Source: the human T2T-CHM13v2.0 reference genome, Homo sapiens. Taken from it: a stretch of 64,000 bases of DNA. Shown piece by piece: positions 52,400 through 64,000 of this stretch. Under the pieces are notes generated by a model. That model was not told where the DNA came from and ran no database searches. It worked only from the letters and a program-made list of their open reading frames with translations. The stretch lies in assembly GCF_009914755.1 (NCBI RefSeq), contig NC_060939.1; one strand, written 5' to 3'. Positions within the stretch are counted from its first letter, which is position 1. The number at the start of each line of letters is the position of its first letter. The position numbers and the translations under genes are program-made.

Positions 52400-53517
52400 G
52401 GGCATACAAAGGTTAAGATAATAGAATTAACTATTATATGTTAACAAACCAGATAGCCTAGAAGAAATGGATAAATTGCTAGAAGCATACAACCTACTAA
52501 GACTGAATCATGAAGAAAGAGAAAATCTGAACAGACCAATAATGAGCAAGAAATTCAGTCAGTAATCAAAAACCTCCCAACGAAGAAAAGCCCAGAACCA
52601 GATGGGTTAATGAGTAAATTCTACCAAGAATTTAAAGAAGAATTAATGACAATCCTTCTTAAACCTTTAAAAAAAATTTGAAGAGGAGGGAACACTTCCA
52701 AACTTAACTTTAGAAGGCCAGGATTATCACTGTACCAAAGCCAGATAAGGATACAAGAATAAAAGAAAATTATAAGCCAATATCCCTGATGAACATAAAT
52801 GCAAAAATCCTCAAGAAAATATTAGGAAACCAAATTCAACAGTACATTAAAAGGATTAGATGCCATTCTCAAGTGGGATTTATCCCTGGGATACAAGAAT
52901 GGTTCAACATATGCAAATCACTAAATGTGATATACCACATTAACAGAATGAAGGATAAAACTCACTTGCATCATTCAATAGATGTAGAAAAAGCATTTGA
53001 GAAAGTTTACCATCCTTGTATGATAAAAACTCCCCACAAATCAGGTATAGAAAGAATGCTCCTCGACATAATATAGGTCATACATGACAAACCCACAGGT
53101 AACATACTCAATGGTGAAAAACTGAAAGCTTTTCTTCTAGGATCAGAAACAAAACAAGGATGCATATTGTTGCCACTTCTGTTCAGTATAGTTCTGGAAG
53201 TCCTAGCCAGAACAATTAGCAAGAAAAAGAAATAAAAGACATCCAAATTAGAGGGAAAGAAGTTATAATATGTGACATGATCATGTGAAGTTATGTGTGA
53301 CATTATATGTGTAGAAAACTCAAAAGACTCCACCAAAACACTGTTAGAATAAACAAAATCAGAAAAGTCACAGGATACAATACCAATATACAAAAATAGG
53401 TTGCATTTCTATACACTAACAACGAATTATCCAAAGAAGAAATTAAGAAAACCCATTTACAAAAGCATCAAAGAATAAAATACTTAGGAATAAATTTAAC
53501 CAAGGAGATGAAAGATT
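52400..53517 (+). mobile_element. Inverted 5' segment of the same L1 (ORF2 linker/RT region)
   Basis: ORF2 remnant [30 protein letters not shown]; ends at the L1 coordinate where the opposite-strand segment starts. Confidence 0.88.
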
Positions 53518-53752
53518 AGACTGCATTTGGGATCTACATTTAGGCCTTGGCAAAAGTCCACCAATAGAAGGCAGAGGGGTTGCCTCTTGCTGGATAAGTT
53601 GGAAGAGTCAGAAGAGTAGAAAGTTCTCCATTGTCTTCCTCTTCTGGGGCAGCTTAACTTACAGTTTAATTTTTCAGTTTAATTGCTTAGTTTATAGGTT
53701 ACACACGAGGCCTGTTAACTTCCAATTTGGAAGAGTTTCATTATTCTCACTA

Positions 53753-53883
53753 CATTTGACTATATAAGTTATTGTCTAAAATAGAGTACTTTGACAATAA
53801 AAGGGGGTACTACTATTAATTATTCTAGGACAACAGCATACATTAGGATTGTCCACAGTAGGCCTGAGTATGTGGTTACATTG
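53753..53883. mobile_element. MER94-like hAT-Blackjack MITE
   Basis: 'tgactatataagttattgtctaaa...aaagggggtactactattaattattctaggacaacagc'. Confidence 0.6.
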
Positions 53884-55260
53884 TCTTCATTTAACCCTTA
53901 CGTGTATTCCTCATATCTCTGAGTTTTCTGAGCAGATCCACAAATACAGTCAAGAATGGATTACGTTGCTAAGATTTGAAGGACATAATTTTAGAATTTT
54001 GATAAGTTAGTCAGAAGTTGGGTTAAATCAGGCTAGCATGATGCTGTCAATGAAGAAAAGTTTGATCAAGCAAATAGCGTAACATGGAGACTTGTATGAG
54101 AAAAATCCAGGTACCATTTTAATATAATGATTTAAGCAGCTGGTCAAAGAACTTTGAGTCATCAGCACTTTATTACTTTAAGTAATTGGTTTTATTTTTA
54201 TTTGTTAATTTCTTATTTCCCATACTAGACTTTTCTTTTTCTTTGGTCTTTTTGCCCTTAAAATGATGTGGTTTTATAACAATCCATCTTAAGAGCTATG
54301 GCTATTAAGGTCTATTTATGAAAATGGGCTCTTTTACAGCTAAGAATTACTTAGGGCCATTCTAAACAAATGGAACTGTGGTAGCCTTGATTTGAGACAA
54401 ACAAAATTAAGGAAACAGAACTATTTGCAACAAGATACTAGTTTCTTACATCTTGTATTCATGAAAAGCTTTCCATACTATGTTATTTCACTCTGTCTAC
54501 TTTCAGCTTGATATTTGCATGCTGATAACCCTCTTTCAAAATAATCACTGAGCTCTTAAGGAACCTAAATACGTCAAAGGCAGGGGAAGAAATGGAAAAG
54601 TATTGTCTAATAATTACCTCCTCAGAGTGTGCCAGACCCAGATAACTTCTCAAATTTCCAAGGACTAGAACAATCTATATGTTACCACATTCTTTCAGAA
54701 AAGGGAAATGTAAAAAATTTTGATAATCACTTTTAAAATCAACATAATCCTAATACCAACATTTGACAAATAACATTAAAAAACCTATAGCTCAATCTCA
54801 CGTTAATAAACATGAAAAAATCCTACCTAGTAGTATTAAAAGAATAATATACTAGAATACTTACTGTGCTATACAGGAATTCATGGATGGTTTGGGGGAT
54901 ACAAGAATGTATACGTTAAAAGGTCAAAGGACAAAGTCATGTTATTATCTCAATATATGATCAAAAGGCTTAAAATTCAACATCCTTCCTGTTTAAAACT
55001 TTCAATTAATTTGATATAGAATGACACACAATGCAGCCTTAAAATTACACAGAAACATACATCGCTCTTCCAAACCAATAGCCACACAATGTAATTCTTA
55101 ATCATGAAACACTAGAGGCAGTCTAATTAAAGGAAGAATGAAGATACAATACTATCACCACTATTTTTTATATTATGAAAGTTCTACACAACACTCTAAG
55201 TCTTAAAACAGAAAAGAGTAGGTATTTCTATTTGCAAATAATATGATTATTTATCTAGGC

Positions 55261-55477
55261 CAGGGGTTGATAAACTCTGGCCCAAGTTCAGCCTATGGGC
55301 TGCTTTTGTAAATGGTTTTTTTTGAAACACAGCCATACCTTTTTGTTTATGTATAATCTGTGGCTGTTTTCACACTACAACAGCAGAGTTGAATAGTTGT
55401 GGCAGAGACCATGTGGCTCACGTAATCCAAAATATTTACTTTCTTGCTCTCTACAGAAAAAGAATTGTTGGTCTCTG
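55261..55477. mobile_element. MER58A MITE
   Basis: 'caggggttgataaact...gaaacacagcca...cagcagagttgaatagttgtggcagagacca'; 8-bp TSD ATCTAGGC / ATCTAGAG. Confidence 0.88.
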
Positions 55478-55523
55478 ATCTAGAGTACAAAGATAGTTTT
55501 ATAATATACAAACAAAAATAAAT

Positions 55524-55605
55524 TGTGTGTATGTGTATATGTGTATATATGTGTATATGTATGTATATATGTCTATATATGTATGTGTGTGTGTGTGTAC
55601 ATACA

Positions 55606-55622
<17 letters not shown>
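55524..55622. repeat. Compound (TG)n/(TA)n microsatellite at the Alu tail
   Basis: About 100 bp of alternating purine-pyrimidine repeats. Confidence 0.92.
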
Positions 55623-55933
<311 letters not shown>

Positions 55934-56199
55934 CTGTATATTTTTTAAAACATGAAAATAACACATGTAAACATATAAGAAAGAGGCAGGCCTATATGAA
56001 GAAAATTACCCAATTTTAATCAAGGATATAAATGAATATGTAAGTGAATCTACAATATAATGTATTTTGCAGTAGGAAGACTGAGTGTCATATAAATGAC
56101 AATTCTCTCCACATTATTTTGTAAGTTTAAAGAAATTTTAATTAAGAATTGCAGTTTTGAGGGGAATCAAAATGATTCTTAATGTTCAAGGATTGTAAA

Positions 56200-56633
56200 A
56201 AAAAGAATTAACTAACAGATAAATGGACCCTCAAATGTATAATGCCAGACATATAGAAGTTTATTTCTTATTCACATAAGTCCAAGATGGGTATTTCAGA
56301 TAGGCAAGCAACTCACTCCCAAAGAGAAGTATTCATGGACCCAGACGCCTTCTACTTTATAAATCCTCAGTCTCAACCTTGGCTTCCAAGGCCATCTTTG
56401 GGATCCAAATTCCAGACAGCTGAGAAAGGAAAGGGGTGCGGAGAGCTGCTTATGTGAGGTTTTGCTTATCGAAGCTGTTCTGGAGGAGGCACACATCACT
56501 CCTCCTTACTCCTTCAGTCATATAACTATTATGCAGCCAGCTGCAACGAAGTCTGGGAAATGTGGTCTACTTGCATGCCCAGGAGCAATTAAAAGTAAAA
56601 AGGGTTTAGTGAACAGCCTGCAAAGTCTGCCAT
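56200..56633 (-). mobile_element. Old MaLR LTR (MLT1J-like)
   Basis: 'atagaagtttatttcttattcacataagtcca...gcacacatcact...gtctgggaaatgtggtcta...gcccaggag'. Confidence 0.75.
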
Positions 56634-57199
56634 AGCACCAGATAAACAGGTCCAGAAGCAGACCACAGCATATGTCAGAATTGATAATGCGATAAATACG
56701 GCATTTCAAATCAGTAAGGAAATTATAGTCAATTAACAGATCTAGGATAAATATCCATTATGTTTTTACCCTTTTGCTACACAATAAAACAAATTCAAGA
56801 TGTACTACGTTTAAGTGTATATTAAAAAGTAAACCCTAGAAATATTTATATTAACTAGAATATATTTACTGTATTATAGTAATTATACTGATGAGTAGTT
56901 TATTTGGTACTTTGGTGGGAAAAGTTTTTCTAAGTATAAAAAAAGGAAGGAACCATGAAAGGAAATTGGTAATTTGAGTATCTAAACATTAAGAATTTCT
57001 GTATGTGAAAATTAGCAAAACATCAAAAATATAAGTGTCAAAAGGACAAAAACGTTTTCTAATTACAGCCAAAAGGTTAATAGCCTTAAAATACAAAAGT
57101 TCTTAATAATAAGAAAAAGATGATTTCTTCAATTGCAAAATAAGAAATAAGATGGAAGTGGCTATCAAACATGTAAAAATTAAATTCCTGTAACAATCA

Positions 57200-57375
57200 A
57201 GGATAGTTTAGACATGGTATGACCTGTAAGCCCTTTATGAGTCTGTTTCTCCTTCTATGAAACTAGAATAATCATAGAACCTACCTGTTGGGGTTCTGTT
57301 AGGATTAAATGAGAAAATCCATGTAAAGATTCCAATAAACATGCCACAAATATTAGCCATTGCCATTTTTATTAT
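57200..57375 (+). mobile_element. MIR SINE
   Basis: 'tgagtctgtttctccttctatgaaactagaataatcatagaacctacct...aggattaaatgaga'. Confidence 0.7.
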
Positions 57376-58074
57376 TCAAAGTATTCATGGTGTATTTTTA
57401 AGTTAAAAAAGATTCAAAATGTACATTTAGTACGATGTCATTTTATTAAAACACCACTCAGGTGTGCACACACAGATACACAAGGAAACACACTAAGATT
57501 TTAGAAGTTGTCTTTTGATTGTGGCCTTAGGAATAATTGTTATTTTCTACATTTCTACATTTTCTAAAATTTTCACAGTAATATGTATTGATATAGCAAT
57601 TTAAAAATTTTAAAGATATCAGTGCTCATCTTTGATTAATTATTGAATGACCCCAAATAGTTTCTTAAATTTGCCTGGGGCTGATTTGTTTCTGAAGCCA
57701 GAATCCATCTTCAAAACTGCCGCCCAGAGCATGGAAAAAATCTCTGAATTCTTTGCTTCACTTCTAGCCCAATGGCAGAATCTCTTTTTCACTTTTCCAA
57801 ATTGTGTGAAATTCTTACCCAGAAAGGATTTAGAATGCTAATTGAAGTACTTTGCTAAAACTGGATTGTGACGGACTAATTCCAAATAGGGCAAAATGAT
57901 GCAACAGGGGTACCTCTGTGGAGCAGGGACCGCTGGTGTAGGGGCACCTTGCTCATTGCAGTCCTGGTGCTCCTTCCAGGTACTGTGTCCTAGTTCTGCT
58001 CCTCAACCGATTCTCTTTCTTATCTCCCATGTTCCCTGTAGTCTTGCCCCTTGCCCACTGCTCCTCTTTTGTAG

Positions 58075-58200
58075 GAAAGTTACTAAACCTGAGTTTCAGT
58101 CTCCTCATCTGCAAAATGGGGTGAATGATGCCTTTGCCATGGGATTGCTTTGCAGACACTTAGCACAATGCCTGACATATAGTAGATGTTTATTAAATGG
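58075..58200 (+). mobile_element. MIR SINE
   Basis: 'tcagtctcctcatctgcaaaatgggg...cacttagcacaatgcctgacatatagtaga'. Confidence 0.75.
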
Positions 58201-59109
58201 ATGTTTTCATTCCTGTGTTCACTCGTCAAATGTCAACATATAGAATGATGTATTCACTTTTTCCTGTTTCTGGTATAGGAAGTGGAGAACAAGCTCTGGG
58301 ATTGAGATGAAGTTCACCTTTGCCCACATCTGGATACGTTACTTCTAAATAACTTCAATTAAACAAGTGTTCACCAAAACCTGTATTACAGCTTGTCCCT
58401 GAAATGAACAAATCAAGGGCGTATCTCCAGGTCACCTGGGGTAGTATGCCTGTTGCAGTGCCTCCCTACTCACTGTCCCTCCCCCACAGCCCCTGCCATA
58501 GGCATAGATGGTCATATATTGTGTCAGGAGAGCCACTGCCTTCCCTGAGCACACCTGATCAGACCAGGATGGGCTCCTAACTCAAGGGCCACCAAATGAG
58601 CTATGGCTATGTCATGTCTGTGGCCCATGATGATGTCAGGGGGAAACTCTTTTTACTCTACTTCTGTTATTCTGGAAATACTCTCCTGGCTTTCCTCTGC
58701 CCTAGAAAGTGACTTACCTGATCATCTGGGGAGGGGGCTGTCTCCAGGGGCCATGCATTTTGCTGAGTCTTCAGTGGTTGGCCCCTGAGTGGTTTGCAGG
58801 ACAGGGTAAAGGTTCCCATTTCAGATCCTACTGCCTGTGACAAGTGGTAGTGTGCCCACACACAGGATCTTCTTAGTAGGCCCATTGGCTCTCCACTGAT
58901 TCATTCTCCAACTGGATTCCATCCACAAAAAGGGTGATCTGTTTCCATTGCTTCCATTGGCTCCTTGTTTTATTTTTCAGTTTATTCAAAACTTGAGTAG
59001 AGAAGACAAGTTTTCCTTATTGGAGGTGGCCTCTATGATCTCAACATATCTAACATGAAAAAAGCAGATGAGCCCATCAAATCATCTCTCAGACATATAG
59101 AGACTGAAC

Positions 59110-59570
59110 TAGGCAGCACTTTTCGTTAAATCCCCAACAGAAAACTCTCCCACATGTGCAGATGGGACGTGGACAGGCATATTCACAGCAGCACTGAGGA
59201 ATTGGAAACTAGCTACATATTTATGAATAGGGGATTGGTAAATGTTATTTCTTTTTATTCTTATTTATTTGATGGAATATATATAGTGGTTAATAGAGAT
59301 CAGCTAGATTGATATGTGTCAATATGGATGTAAATCCAAATCATTATGTTGAGTGAAAAAAGAAAGCCATACCATGTGATAATATTTATGAAAGTGAAAA
59401 CATACACTTAAAGGAGAATAGAATGCATTGTCTGTGTGAGAGAGAACTAAAAAGTATCTACATCAACACAATGACAGTGATGGTAACAGGGACAGTGATT
59501 TGTTCAGAAGAGAGAGAGAGGTGGGAAATAGGATTTGGTTGGTCCAAGAGAGTTTTGTCTGTAATCTTTT
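59110..59570 (+). mobile_element. Old L1ME-like 3' region
   Basis: 'cagaaaactctcccacatgtgca...atattcacagcagcactg...tcattatgttgagtgaaaaaag'. Confidence 0.6.
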
Positions 59571-59789
59571 GCTTTATTTTTTAAAATTACACTTTACGTT
59601 CTGGGGTACATGTGCAGAACGTGCAGGTTTGTTACATAGGTATACAAGTGCCATGGTGGTTTGCTGCACCCGTCAACCTGTCATCTACATTAGGTATTTC
59701 TCCTAATGTTATCCCTTCCCTACACCCCAACCCCCGGCAGGCCCTGGTGTGTGATGCTCCCCTCCCTGTGTCCGTGTATTCTCATTGTT

Positions 59790-63587
<3,798 letters not shown>

Positions 63588-63651
63588 TATGATGCTAGGG
63601 TGGCTATTTTGCCCATTAGTTGATGCAGTTTATTCATAGTGTTGATGGGCT

Positions 63652-64000
63652 TTACAATTTGGTATGTTTTTGCAGTGGCTGGTACCAGTTGTTCCTTTCC
63701 ATGTTTAGTGCTTCCTTCAGGAGCTCTTGTAAGGCAGGCCTGGTGGTGACAAAATCTGTCAGCATTTGCTTGTTTGTAAAGGGTTTTACTTCTCCTTTGC
63801 TTATGAAGCTTAGTTTGGCTGGATATGAGATCCTGGGTTGAAAATTCTTTCCTTTAAGAATGTTGAGTATTGGCCCCCACTCTCTTCTGGCTTGTAGGGT
63901 TTCTGCTGAGAGATCCACTGTTAATCTGATGGGCTTCCCTTTGTGGGTAACCTTACCTTTCTCTCTGGCTGCCCTTAACATTTTTTCCTTCATTTCAACC
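63652..64000 (-). pseudogene. L1 ORF1p C-terminal part (truncated by the window edge)
   Basis: MKEKMLRAAREKG..KGKPIRLT..FQPRISYPAKLSF..FVTTRPALQELLKEAL. Confidence 0.93.

Overview
Primate (human-like) nuclear DNA, identified by several Alu copies and an L1PA7-like LINE. I find no supportable host protein-coding exon, RNA gene or CRISPR array. The window is mostly intergenic/intronic sequence rich in decayed repeats: MIR, L2, old L1M, MaLR/ERVL solo LTRs, hAT MITEs (MER5/20/33/58/94) and Alus. Two large L1 copies stand out: a 5'-inverted L1MA at about 50.5-53.5 kb and an inactivated L1PA7-like element running off the right end. The only ORFs I can assign to a protein family are broken L1 ORF1/ORF2 pieces. 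The best non-repeat signal is a repeat-free, purine-rich, non-CpG-island block at about 26.8-28.2 kb. It has G4 motifs, a GC box, an AP-1 site and a perfect CAG|GTGAGT donor, so it looks like the promoter and non-coding 5' exon(s) of a + strand gene with a very long downstream intron. I cannot confirm the gene; a large neuronal gene such as NRXN3-alpha is only an unverified guess. The most unusual observations are a ~350-bp TSD-flanked element joining an L1 5' terminus directly to an L1 3' terminus (possibly a spliced L1 retrocopy), candidate recursive splice sites, a CpG-retaining YY1/AP-1 element at 19.8 kb, and a perfect 41-bp duplication inside an old LTR. I see no convincing evidence of a wholly new multi-gene system. 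Repeat subfamily names come from remembered consensus sequences and boundaries are approximate.
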